Below are positions 38,200 through 50,809 of a stretch of 64,000 nucleotides of DNA, piece by piece (position 1 is the stretch's first letter; the number at the start of each line of letters is the position of its first letter). The position numbers and the translations under genes were made by a program. Source of the stretch: Chiloscyllium plagiosum (taxonomy: Eukaryota); assembly GCF_004010195.1 (NCBI RefSeq), contig NC_057720.1:32763383-32827382 (forward strand), written 5' to 3'. The notes under the pieces were generated by a model, which did not search any database, was not told the origin of the DNA, and saw only the letters and a program-made list of their open reading frames with translations.

Positions 38200-40480
38200 T
38201 TTCAATCACAAATCTACCAAAAGCAGCAAAGTGATTGACACCAAAGTCTCAGTCAACTTCAGAGTAGCTGCGAGAGAAGATAAGAGGGTGTCTTGTGTTT
38301 TCCTTGTTGTTCTCTTACTTCTTAGGTAGTCCCCAGTGTTGAATGTGACTTGGTTCCATTCTGGAAGGGATGGGTTCTGATGTGGATGAATAATCCAATC
38401 ATGCCTCTGGTGAGGCAAATGGTGTTTCAGGAGGCAGGTGGGTGAGACACTCCAAATTCTGTATTTCTGCTGCTTGTATTTGGCCTCAAATTGCTCCACA
38501 CAGTGACATGCAAAGTGGTTGGTGTCTTTGCGAATGTATGTTTTCTAGTTTGCGTGGTCTAGGACAAGCAATTTCCACATGTCGGTGGCAATGTTGCCTT
38601 TGTTTAGGCAGAATTGTGGGCTGTCTTTGTAGTGTTGCTTCCTGTGCCCTCCTAGTGATAACGTAGCATTGCAGAGCTTGGAGCAGAACACTTGTTTAGG
38701 GAGTCATGTGTCGGGTGTATTGACAATGTGCCCTGCCAATTGCAGGCCAGTCGTGCATGACCACTGCCCCAATACTAGTGATATTGGCCTGGGAAAGGCG
38801 ATCATGTCGGTATGCCTATCCTGCTAGTGGACTTATAGGATATTGTGAAGATAGTGATAACTGTCCTGCGATTTGAAATGACTACTGTACATGGTCCATG
38901 TGGGGTGGTGTGTGTGTGTGCACGCATATATATTATACGACTGGTCTGTAAACCCTGTGAGCTTGGTGCTATGTATAAAGGTCTCAGATGTCAAGCACTG
39001 TTTCTGAAGCATCTGAAGGCTGCACTGGCCCATTAGAGTCAATGTTGGATTTCGTCATCAACGTCTGTTTACACCAACAGGAGGCTCCCAAGGGATTTGT
39101 TGCACACTGAAAATTATGTCCATTGTGCCTCTTGATGGACTGAAGACACATGGAGACTCAGAGAGGAGTGTTTCTGCCACTGGGATAAGGCAATTGAGGA
39201 GAATTCTCACTATAACCTTTCCCATGGCAGAGAGTAGGGAAATCTGTCTGTAATCTTCACAGTTGAACTTGTCTCCTTTCTTGAAAGTGGTCACAATTAG
39301 TATTCCTGACATTTCCCGGCATTACCTCTTCCTTCTAGAAAAGGGAGACGAGGTTATCGATGCATACCAAGAGTGCCTCTCTGCTGTATTTTAGTATTTC
39401 ATTGGGGAATTCATCTGTGACAGAAGGCTTGTTTTCCAGCTGTTGAATTGCTTTTTCAATCTCAGGGCTGTTGAGGTGTGCTGAGTTGGCAGCAAGTAGT
39501 GTGGTCAGGGATGGTGCATTTGCATTGAAGGCTGCATCTTAGTCAGCAAGTCTTGAAGTGCATTCTCCAGTGGGTGCTGATGGCCTTTGTGAAAACTGTC
39601 CATTTGTGGCTCTCATCAGAGTAGGTCCCAGGGTACTTGGACTGTAGATGATTTTGATTGTGTAAACAGCATGACTGTCAGAGGGGTGCTGAGTCTCCTG
39701 TGCTCTTTTCACCCGTCTATTCTTACGTCATGGTTATTTCTTGCATCTTGGCATTTAGTTGCCTGTAGGCTTGTACCCTCTTGTTTGGATTTTTATAAAG
39801 CTGCCACTTCAGGACTGCATTGTGTTTACAATCTTGGAGATCCTGGATCTCCTAATTGCTCTGTTCAAACCACTCTTGATGCTTCCTAGTTGAAAGGCTG
39901 AGCATGTCCATACAGATGCTGCAACAAGGTACTGTAGGTATTCCACAGCTCTGGCACATTGGTGATCATCAGGTTGACTGGGAAGCACCACATCAGTAGG
40001 TCATTAACATTGAGTCTCTTGTGGCAGAGTTTTGTTTCGGGACCTGGTTGAGAATGGTAGAGTGGATTAGTTGGTGGTCATTCCAACAATCATTGGCCCC
40101 TGACACTCTGTCGGTGATGCAGACATATTTGCAGTTCCTCATTTAAACACTGACGTAGTCTATTAAGCGTCAGGGTTTGGAGCGGGAGTTGTTATGAGGT
40201 CATGAGCTTGTCTGTCTGACAGAACAAGGTGTTTGTTTTGATAAGGTCATGGTCTAGGCACTTTATGAGGAGGAGGAGGATTCCAGTGGAGTTTGTGTTC
40301 ACTACACGTTCCTGGTCTAACACAGCTTCCCAAAGGTTTGGGTACCTCCCAACTCCAGGATCAAAGTCACTGATGAGAAATAATTTGTTTCCCTTAGGGA
40401 CGTGGGACAACATTTCTTATATAGTCTTCATGTCTCTGCTATCATTCAGGCAGGTGGTGATGGGAGTCCAATAAATATGA
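38200..40480 (-). mobile_element. Degenerate RTE-clade LINE
   Basis: Endonuclease remnant (LFLISDFDPGVG..NSTGILLL..LIKTNTLF), RT N-terminus (FKKGDKFNCEDYRQISLLS.MGKVIVRILLN..SRGTMDIIF), C-terminal remnant near 38400. Confidence 0.8.
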
Positions 40481-41467
40481 ACTCAATGTGGAAACAAATC
40501 ACACTTTGTTCTCCTTCAGCAATATTAAAAATATATAACTCACTTTCAAAACGCTTTCTCACTGTTTTTGAGCACTTGGTTTTGGTATTGCTGAAGGATA
40601 TATGCCATTGAAACTCTATTTTGCACACATTAAAAGAGATTCAGGAACGTCAAATTTCAAAGGCCGTAAAAATTTATACAGAGTCGGAAAAGAGTGCCAA
40701 TTCATTGAAAAGTAGATTCTGAATGGCCAAGGTATTTCCAATGGTTAATGCTCAAGCGAACATGTCACCCAGGGCTTTGTTTATTTCAAAGAAATCTGCA
40801 TTATTTGGATTTTTTTTCCTGCAGGGGCCAGGTTCCTGCATGTGGAATAATGAAGATGGGGGAAACAATGCTTCCCTTGTACATTCACCATGACAATACT
40901 TTGGCTAATTAGAGGTGACTTGCCAACTGAAAGGGATAAATAATTTCACTTAGAAGTTTTGTTTTCGTAAAAATGTGAGCAGAGCTGAAAAACAGTAGAA
41001 ATAGAGATTCAGGTAAAGATAAAACTAGGATAGAGCGCTAGGGCTGGGAGCATGTGATAGAAAAAAATGCAGGCTAGGCTGCACAACTAGCAAGAAAAAG
41101 ATGGCCTTGGATGGATGTCTGACGGATGCGTGGATTTGATTATGGGCTAGACAGATGAGCCAATAGACTATATTGCAGGTCTGACCTGCACAAATGGTAT
41201 AACCAAGTAGTTTTACAACCTTGTGCTCACTATCTGGCCAGTATGAATGGGTGGCAGTGAGTAAGGGGAAGAGACAATATCACTACTAAACTGACTATTT
41301 TGGATTTGGAAGAGGGCTAAAAGCAGGGAATAAAAGGGTTAAATAATCTGACAAGAAAATGCTGGCAAAGTCGAAGAATCTATGACATCATCAGACTTGG
41401 GTGAAGGGCCAGATCAGGGAGCAAATATAGTAACAAGGAGGTAGCCTAGACTGCATTGTTCAGCAGT

Positions 41468-42248
41468 TTAATTTAGATAAATGCATATTGGGAAAGCAAA
41501 TCTTAGCAGGACTTCTACACTTAATGGTAAGGTCCTAGGGAGTGTTGCTGAACAAAGAGACCTTGGAGTGCAGGTTCATCGCTCCTTGAAAGTAGAAATA
41601 GGATAGTGAAGAAGGCGTTTGGTATGCTTTCCTTTATTGGTCACAGTAAAGGAGTTGGGAGGTCATGTTGCGGCTGTACAGGACACGGGTTAGGCCACTT
41701 TTGTAATATTGCGTGCAATTCTGGTCTCCATCCTATCGGAAAGATGTTGTGAAACTTGAAAGGGTTCAGAAGAGATTTACAAGGATGTTGCCAGGGTTGG
41801 AGGATTTGAGTTACAGGGAGAGGCTGAACAGGCTGGGGCTGTTTTCCCTGGAGCGTCAGAGGCTGAAGGGTGAACTTATGGAAATTTATAAAATCATGAG
41901 GGGCATGAATAGGGTAAACAGACAAGGTCTTTTCCCGGGGGTTGGGGAGTCCAGAATTAGAGAGCATAGTTTTAAGGTGAGAGGGGAAAGATATAAAAGG
42001 GATCTAAGGGCCACTGCTTTCACACAGATGGTGGTGTGTGTGGGGAATGGGCTGCTAGAGGAAGTGGTGGAGACCAGTACAATTGCAACATTTAAAAGGC
42101 ATCTGGATAGGTATATGAATAGAAAGGGTTTGGAGGGATATGGGCCGGGTGTTGGCAGGTGGGACTAGATTGGGTTGGGATACCTGGTCGGCATGGACGA
42201 GTTGGACTGAAGGGTCTGTTTCCATGCTCTACATCTCTATGACTCTAA
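41468..42248 (+). mobile_element. Young CR1 LINE 3' end
   Basis: ORF 41713-42168 QFWSPSYRKDVVKLERVQKRFTRMLPGL; ATGACTCT tail. Confidence 0.92.
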
Positions 42249-42421
42249 GGATGGGCCTTAGATGGATAAAGAACAATGTCTAATGTATGTACCTCAGGAA
42301 CTTAGTGAAATGACACCAGAACCTCTGTTTAGCACGTGAGAGCAAATTGACGAGATTTGAGTTGAGTCAGGATATGCATACATGATTTAACGTGTGCACA
42401 AGGAATGAGTATTATCTTCAA

Positions 42422-42622
42422 GTGATGATTTGGAGATCCCGGCGTTGGACTGGGGTGTACAAAGTTAAAAATCACACAACACCAGGTTATAGTCCAACAG
42501 GTTTATTTGGAAGCACTAGCTTTCAGAGCACTGCTCCTTCATCAACCAGCTGATGAAGGAGCAGCGCTCTGAAAGCTAGTGCTTCCAAATAAACCTGTTG
42601 GACTATAACCTGGTGTTGTGTA
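42422..42622. mobile_element. Palindromic Penelope-derived mini-element (second family) with hammerhead core
   Basis: ~70-bp near-perfect inverted arms 42474-42544 and 42551-42621; CTGATGA-A-GGAGC AGC GCTCT-GAAA-GCTA at 42550-42578; TSD core ATCTTCAA at 42414-42421 and 42623-42630. Confidence 0.8.
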
Positions 42623-43351
42623 ATCTTCAACTAAGGTTGGTTTTCCTATGTACATTTGTATAAGAGACTGTAACCTGTAACAGAGTCTCATGCTGACGTG
42701 TCAAATCACACCATTACACAATAAATAAGCACCCTTTTCTCATGCAGCGTAAATTGTGATTCTATCTGAAATCTGGTATTCTTGCATCTGTCCTAATGAA
42801 TGCAAGATGAAAAGTTTTGAAAGTATGTTTCTTTTTCAGCAATAGACAAGATTTGAACTATCAACTGACTGTTTTAGCCTCTCAAATTGTGCAACACTAT
42901 CATAATATAAATTAGCTCATCTTACCATGAACAGTCCTGGAGTTTCTTTTACACTAACCTTCCCTCCTCAATATTGTTGTCATTCAGGCAGATACTATAT
43001 TCATAGCTTTAAAGCAAATAAACAAACAAAAAGCAGCCACAATTTTCTCTTTTGTTTTCCCTTTCTTCTCTGTGTTATGCATTTCAAGATTTGACAGGAA
43101 ATATGGCTACTAGGTCTTAGAGATTCCAGAAATGTCATTTAATTTGAATCCTACTACCCCTGCCATCTTGACACACTAAGGATGCCATGGAACAAAACAT
43201 AGAAATCCATTAACTATAAGAGCCCAACTTTATTTTTAGCTGAACAGGATCACTGTCCGTTTAATCTTCATTTCCCGGACAGCATTTTATTATTGCTTTT
43301 CGGTTGGCCATCAATTTCACTCTCCTCTCTTCAATAAACTGGAGGACTTAC

Positions 43352-43434
43352 CTACACATTCTATAATCCGGATTTCAATTACCGGAAGGTGAACCATCAT
43401 ATCCTCCAGAATACACAGATCACCAACTAAAGTT
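43352..43434 (-). CDS. HECTD3: HECTD3 exon 7 (83 nt)
   Basis: cag|A..G|gtaagt; TLVGDLCILEDMMVHLPVIEIRIIECV. Confidence 0.95.
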
Positions 43435-44093
43435 CTGGAAAAGAATTGAAACACTTCATTTGTCAAAAAGGTTCAAATACTGTAAATGTTGCAAGTTTAT
43501 TTCTAGCACCTTGAGACAATGAGCTCGAATGTTGAAAGGTACTAACATTTTTAAAGTTGAAAGGTTACCCACTTTTCGTAGAAATCTTAATGGAGGTAGA
43601 AAATGCCCACTTCTACTCTCTTTATTTAAGATCCATTACTGTATAGAATTGAAACCAATTTTTGTATCCTTCACATTGTAGTGAGCGGAGTAAGCCAAAG
43701 TAATGACTGAACAATTCTTTCGAGCACACCTCTAGGAGCAAGGATTTGGGAGAGGAAGAGACGAGATGAAGAATGAAGCTGATCATGAACAGAGGTGCTT
43801 CGTGCTTGGAAAATAATTACAAAGGGAATGGAAAGGGAACAGGAAATACAATAATAAACAAACATTTATCTGGAATAGCCCAGGTCAAAGTAACAGCAAC
43901 AACACACAAGCACTGGTGATGATTACCAGTATAACATTCAAAACATTATTGTAAATATAATTGCAACAGGCTTGAAATACAAAGACATTCATGTTATAAC
44001 TGGGATTCTTGGGCGCTCTTGTTTACTATAGTCAGTTTTAAAAAAACAAATTTGACAGGTAAATATTATCTTACTCTATTTTTTGATACTTAC

Positions 44094-44207
44094 TCATCAA
44101 CTGTGATTTCGTTCAACTTCTTTAAATTATCTCGATCACCACCAAACACGTGAATTATTTTTGGCATGTAGTTATCATCTGTTGCATCTACAGAGATGAA
44201 TAGCTTT
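44094..44207 (-). CDS. HECTD3: HECTD3 exon 6 (114 nt), DOC domain
   Basis: tag|A..GA|gtaagt; KLFISVDATDDNYMPKIIHVFGGDRDNLKKLNEITVD. Confidence 0.95.
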
Positions 44208-44852
44208 CTACGAAAAATAAGATGTATTCAATTAATTATAGCAAAATAATCCCTTGGTACTTTATCCATGTACCAGCTGTTCAGGATAATTGAATTTCAC
44301 AAGTGTATATTTTGTAATTAACCTCATCTGCATATTCAAATAGGGCCTAATTTGCTTACATGAACAGTATCTGATAAAGTAATTTGATTTTTTTGGTTTC
44401 CTTTCCTTGTTAAAGTCTTTCCATGATATACATTTTCGCCACCTCAGAAAGAAACTGAGGAGAGCAGCTTGAATAAGGATGTTTCAATTTGTACACTCCT
44501 TCCTCTTCATTTAATGATAGGAGAATCCAAGGTAGGGCTGAGGTGAACAAAGGATTATTACTTTGGTTACCATTTGCTTTCACTTGTGGTGGAATGCAAT
44601 GGAGCAAGACTTCATGCTGTCATGGATTCCCTCCATCAATACAAAATTCCTTTCAACATACAGTGAAGAGAGTGTATAAGAATCAAGTGGGATGGGGAAA
44701 GAGTGGGAGAGAGAAGTGTTTGCAAGAGTGAGTAAACAGCACAGAAAGAAAATGAGAGGATCAAAGGTTCTGCATAATAGATTAAAACAAAAGTTGGAGC
44801 ATGTAGAGTCAACAGGCAAGTCAGCAAAATGGTTGACTGGATAACCGCAAGA

Positions 44853-46248
44853 TAACTGCAACAGACCGGTGAGCCTGACCTCGGTGGTGGGCAAGTTGTT
44901 GGAGGGAATCCTGAGGGACAGGATGTACATGTATTTGGAAAGGCAAGGACTGATTAGGGATAGTCAACATGGTTTTGTGCGTGGGAAATCATGTCTCACA
45001 AACTTGATTGAGTTTTTTGAAGAAGGAGCAAAGGGGATTGATGAGGGCAGAGCAGTTGATGTGATCTATATGGACTTCAGTAAGGCATTCGACAAGGTTC
45101 CCCATGGGAAACTGGTTAGCATGGTTTCATCTCACGGAATACAGGGAGATCTAGCCTATTGGATACAGAACTGGCTCAAAGGTAGAAGACAGAGGGTGGT
45201 GGTGGAGGGTTGTTTTTCAGACTGGAGGCCTATGACCAGTGGAGTGCCACAAGGATCGGTGCTGGGCCATCTACTTTTTGTCATTTACATAAATGATTTG
45301 GATGCGAGCATGAGAGGTACAGTTAGTAAGTTTGCAGATGACACCAAAATTGGAGGTGTAGTGGACAGCGAAGAGGGTTACCTCAGATTACAACATGATC
45401 TGGACCAGATGGGCCAATGGGCTGAGAAGTGGCGGATGGAGTTTAATTCAGATAAATGAGAGGTGCTGCATTTTGGGAAAGCAAATCTTAGCAGGACTTA
45501 TACACTTAATGATAAGGTCCTAGGGAGTATTGATGAACAAAGAGACCTTGGAGTGCAGGTTCATAGCTCCTTGAAAGTGGAGTCGCAGGTAGATAGGATA
45601 GTCAAGAAAGCGTTTGGTATGCTTTCCTTTATTGGTCAGAGTATTGAGTACAGGAGTTGGGAGGTCATGTTGCGGCTGTACAGGACATTAGTTAGGCCAC
45701 TGTTGGAATATTGCGTGCAATTCTGATCTCCTTCCTATCGGAAAGATGTTGTGCAACTTGAAAGGGTTCAGAAAAGATTTACAAGGATGTTGCCAGGGTT
45801 GGAGGATCTGAGCTACAGGGAGAGGCTGAACAGGCTGGGGCTGTTTTCCCTGAAGCGTTGGAGGCTGAGGGGTGACCTTATAGAGGTTTACAAAATTATA
45901 AGGGGCATGGATAGGATAAATAGACAAAGTCTTTTCCCTGGGGTCAGGGAGTCCAGAACTAGAGGGCATAGGTTTAGGGTGAGAGGGGAAAGATATAAAA
46001 GAGACCTAAGGGGAAACTTTTTCACGTAGAGGATGGTACGTGTATGGAATGAGCTGCCAGAGGATGTGGTGGAGGCTGGTACAATTGCAACATTTAAGAG
46101 GCATTTGGATGGGTATATGAATAGGAAGGGCTTGGAGGGATATGGGCCGGGTGCTGGCAGGCGGGACTAGATTGGGTTGGGATATCTGGTCAGCATGGAC
46201 GGTTTGGACCGAAGGGTATGTTTCCATGTTGTACATCTCTATGACTCT
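44853..46248 (+). mobile_element. Young CR1 LINE, RT domain to 3' end
   Basis: ORF 44869-45459 with QHGF..SCLTNL..DFSKAFDKVPH..GVPQGSVLG..FADDTK; a few stops; ATGACTCT tail. Confidence 0.95.
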
Positions 46249-48231
46249 ATAACAGAAAGCGAGGTAAGTAATAGCTATTTATAGTCGCAAAAGTTATGAA
46301 ATTTGGTCCCACAAGGTTCTGTGCTGGGACCAGAGTTATTTGCTTTTATATTAACAATTTACAATTTAGAACCAAGAACAGGGAGAACATAAAATATACA
46401 AATCACTAAGTTGTGACATAAGAGAACAAGGCCATTAACGAAAACCAAATAATACACGAAGGTTTATTTCAAGAGGGCTATAATTGAAAAGTAGACACAT
46501 TATGGCAAACCTCTAATGAACTTTGGTTAGACTACACCTTTGTGTAAAGTATTTATTATAATATTATAATGAGAATAGATGTGTGAAAGATTTACAAGGT
46601 TAATCAGGAAAGCAACAGCAAGCCCATTCTCTTTCTTCTTGAAAAGAGAAGGTATGGATGGCCTACCAGAGGTATTTAAAATTTAGAAAGGTCATCATCG
46701 ATTAGATACAGAGAAAACACTTCCTATTTTTATGTACGTGTGCATACGTGAGGGGTAGCAAGATAAAGGACCATTAAATAAGATGGTCTTAAAGAAATCA
46801 AATAGGCATTTCAAGAAAAAAAATTGCCTAGAGAGTGGAACTGTATCACAGGGAATAGCTGATGTACAGTATAGCATGCATTTATAAAATGGAAATTAGG
46901 TAAGGGGAGAAGGGAGGAAAAAGTTACAAATGAGGAAGATGAGAAAAGTTTTGAGTACAGCATAAACAAGATCATAAACAGATCAGACCTAAAGACCTGA
47001 TTTATTGCTGTGAATAAAAAGAAACAACAAAAGAAAAGTTATGAAAAAAGGGGAAAAGGGGAATACATAAAAGTTTTCTCTAAGCTCATTTCAGAATAGC
47101 ATCCTGAGAGACTTGGGAAGACCAAACTTGCCCTTCCTCCCAACCTGGGTGCAGTGCAAGCGTAATTGCAAACAGAAACTAATTAAAACAATGTTTGATC
47201 TCTTGAAAATATATTCATATGAATTAGAATTTAGCTCTAACCTTATTCTCTGGAACATACACTTCAATCATAGATTCATTACAACTCTCTAGCCTAAGAT
47301 TCAAGCCCTCTTTTCCTCAGGCTATAAATTAGCCCTAAATTTAGAGCATTTAAAGCATTTTCTTTCCTCTTTCACGAAGTAGGCATTTCAGGCAAAGCCA
47401 CCATTTGTTGCCCATCCCCAATTGCTCTGGAATGAAATGGCTTGCTCGGCCATGAGAGAAAACAATCAAGAATTAACGACATTACTTTAGGTCTGCAGTC
47501 AGATGTACATCCAACTGGATAAAGATTACTAATATCCTTTAGGGAAGGAAATATGTTAAGTGGATGGAATTTTACAGCCATAAATGATACTTTCACAATT
47601 ACCATCATGGAGACTAGCTTTTAATTGCAAATGCAGAGAAGTACGATGACAATCAATTTAAGATTATTAACTGGGCTCATCAGTGTGGTGCATTTGCATG
47701 TACTGGAAGCTACATATCAGGACTCTATTCTTTGCAGTCGGAGAGAGACAACGTACAGGTACTGCATCTGTTTCAACTCAACAAAATAGATGACTGCTAT
47801 TTGCTAGTTCATTCCTCAGGGAAATGCCTTGACCAGAGTTGACCTGCCTGATTTAAATTGCAAATAAAGTCTGGCAATTAACTGACAGTTTACTAAGTGA
47901 TAATTTCTCTATTCTCATACCTTGACCAGAGTCCATTTGCCAACCAATCAGCATTCTCATGCAGAATAATTGCTGTTTTTCCCCTTAAATTGACATTTGT
48001 ATGAATTGGCCTGATGACAGCAACATGAAAAGCTTTGACAAAACGAATCTTTTCTCAAACACTCAAAATTCAAGATTTATTAGTTAAACTTAAATTCCAC
48101 CAGCTGACTTGATGAGTTTTGAACCAATGCCACCAGAACATTAGTATAGGCCTCTAGACAACTTGTCCAGCTTGACTTTACCATAATGCTACCATCTTCC
48201 CAGAAGATTAAGTAGAAAGTAAAAATCTTAC

Positions 48232-48347
48232 TTTATTATAGTGCCTTTCTTCATATATAATCGAAGCCAGTGGTGGCCCTGATTCCCCTCACTCTCCCAG
48301 AAAGTATCATTGTCTCCATCAGTCAAACACCACACATTGGCTTCATC
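48232..48347 (-). CDS. HECTD3: HECTD3 exon 5 (116 nt), DOC/APC10 domain
   Basis: cag|GAT..AA|gtaag; [38 protein letters not shown] (DOC motif LTDG..TFWES.G..HW). Confidence 0.95.
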
Positions 48348-48582
48348 CTGTTAAAAATAAAATTGATGGATGCAAAAATCATCTTCTGGAAATAAGGATG
48401 TTCCATCAAAACATATCAAAACTCTTCAGTTATCTATTGGCTCAAACAACACTGCTTTCAATTCAAGAAAACAGACTGACTTTTAAAGTTGATTCATATT
48501 TAAAACAGGTCTGTATCACTTTTTCACATTTCAGTGGATGCAAATCACAGACAAGCTACACTGAGCTTAATGCTTAAACAGT

Positions 48583-49203
48583 AGAGTCATAGAAATGTAT
48601 TGCACGGAAACAGACCTTTCGGTCCAATTTGTCCATGCCGACCAGATAGCCTAAATTAATCTAGTCCCATTTTGCCAGCACTTGGCCCACATCTCTTTAA
48701 ACCCTTCCTATTCATGGACCCATCCAGATGCCTTTTAAATGCTGTAATTGCACCAGTTGCCACCACTTCCTCTGGCAGGTCATTCCATACACGCCTCACC
48801 CTCTGCATTAAAATGCTGGCCCTCAGGTCCCTTCTAAATTTTTCCCCTCTCACCTGAAGCCTATGTCCTCTAGTTCTAGACTCCCCCACCCCAGGTAAAG
48901 ACTTTGTTTATTTACCCAATCCATGTCCCTCATGATTTTATAAACCTTTATAAAGTCACCCTGCAGCTTCCAAAGCTCCAGGGAAAACAGCCCCAGCCTA
49001 TTCAGCCTCTCCATATAGCTCAAATCCTGGCAACATCCTTATAAATCTTTTCTGAACCCACTCAAGCTTCACAACGCCCTTCTGATCGGAGGGAGACCAG
49101 AATTGCACACAGTATTCCAAAAGTGGCCTAAACAATGTCCTATACAGCTGCAAATGACCTCCCAACTTCTATACTCAATGCACTGACCAATAACAGAAAG
49201 CAT
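48583..49203 (-). mobile_element. CR1 LINE 3' end
   Basis: Reverse complement of the 45620-46248 family sequence. Confidence 0.9.
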
Positions 49204-49257
49204 TCACTTTTGTGGCAAAAGGCTTCTTCAAAAGGAAGAATTTTGAGTAAAGGTTAC

Positions 49258-49393
49258 CGAGAAAGATGAAGCATCAATGCTGTCCACTAGATGTTTGACA
49301 CTGCCCAAGATTTCATCTTCTTTTCCTATGCGATCATAGAAGTAATGCACCAAATCCTCGTCACACTCAAATGTCCAAGTGGGAGGAACATAC
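49258..49393 (-). CDS. HECTD3: HECTD3 exon 4 (136 nt)
   Basis: cag|G..TCG|gtaacc; [45 protein letters not shown]. Confidence 0.95.
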
Positions 49394-50143
49394 CTGTATC
49401 CAGTAATACACAATTAGAACATCAGGATAATCACATTTCATACTAAAAACATTTCTGATCAAAATGAGCTCCCAATCTCAGTTGTAGGTGCGCAGCAAAA
49501 GGATTGCATCCATTTACTGCAAAAAGAAAAAAATAGTGAAAATGATGTGACACAATAAGCTGCCCCTGTGAGTCTTCCAAGGAGAACAGCAAAGGCATGG
49601 AAGTCAACCCACTCTTCTGGTCGGAGACAGTATCATGACAATAGCAGAGATTTGAGAAAAAGAGAAAAACAAAAATATCACAGGTGTACTTTACTAAACA
49701 AAAGAATCTTGGATTTTCTATGGCCATCGATTATTTGCCTTCCAATCCAAAACAATAACATGTGGAAGCTTTCTGCAGGACATCTGCCAGCCAGCTCGTT
49801 TTGTGAAAGGAAATAATGTGGCAACTGATTATGTCACAAGTAGCCTTGTGTGCAATTAAATTAATTAATGTGCTACTGAGGAATTTTAATTTTCACTGTG
49901 TAAATTTGCATTGTTTTGAAATCAAGCTGTTTGTTCATATTGTGGTACTTTGTCATCTTTTTCACAAGTCATCTAAACTATTAAAAAGGTGTGTCACAAC
50001 AGTCAGAATAGGGAGATTCTTTCTTCCCTGTAGGCAGCATCCTGGTCAATCCTCATTCTACCACAATGCACCAAAATAACAAGCCAAATTTTTAAAAAAA
50101 TTACTCATTGGGACACAAATAAACTGAAAAACTATGTTGTTAC

Positions 50144-50236
50144 CTCAGCCTTTCCACTGCAGCATCATCTCTGTCTGCGATCTTGGGTTTTTCACCCAAA
50201 TAGAATGAATATTGTGCATCAACCACCTGTTCCCAT
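50144..50236 (-). CDS. HECTD3: HECTD3 exon 3 (93 nt)
   Basis: ttag|A TGG..AG|gtaac; WEQVVDAQYSFYLGEKPKIADRDDAAVERL. Confidence 0.92.
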
Positions 50237-50567
50237 CTAAAGCAGAAAATAAAAATCTCTATTCAGAATAAAACTTTAAATAGTTGTGAAAGCATAAAAG
50301 AAATCTTTGCACCATATATTAGAAGACAAATTTAAAACAATATGAGTGCATGTATTAGGTGGAAATTTGTTTTAAAAAAACTACAAATTTTCACATTCAT
50401 TATTGCCATTACATCTAATTGTGTTGTTAAAAAAAAATTGGTAAAAAAAACAAATATTTCTGCAAAGTGAATAAGTTCTGAACTTTCTTCATGGATATCA
50501 TTTAAATAAGCAGCACAAAGCAATAAAACTGGAGATTTCAGTACAACACAGTGAAAATACTCTGAAT

Positions 50568-50809
50568 ATGTTTACAAAATTATGAGGGGCATGGATAGGA
50601 AAAATAGGCAGAGTCTTTTCCCTGGGGTCAGGGAGTCCAGAACTAGAGGGCATAGGTTTAGGGTGAGAGGGGAAAGATATAAAAGAGACCTAAGGGGAAA
50701 CTTTTTCATGCAGAGGGTGATACGTGTATGGAATGAGCTGCCAGAGGAAGTCGGCATGGACGGGTTGGACCGAAGGGTCTGTTTCCATGCTGTACATCTC
50801 TATGACTCT
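50568..50809 (+). mobile_element. CR1 3' end with internal deletion
   Basis: Nearly identical to 45886-46248 but jumps GAGGAAG|TCGGCATGG at ~50750. Confidence 0.88.

Noticed and set aside
44869..46029. RT ORFs as a host or domesticated gene
   Set aside because: 5'-truncated CR1 with in-frame stops and multiple similar copies in the window.
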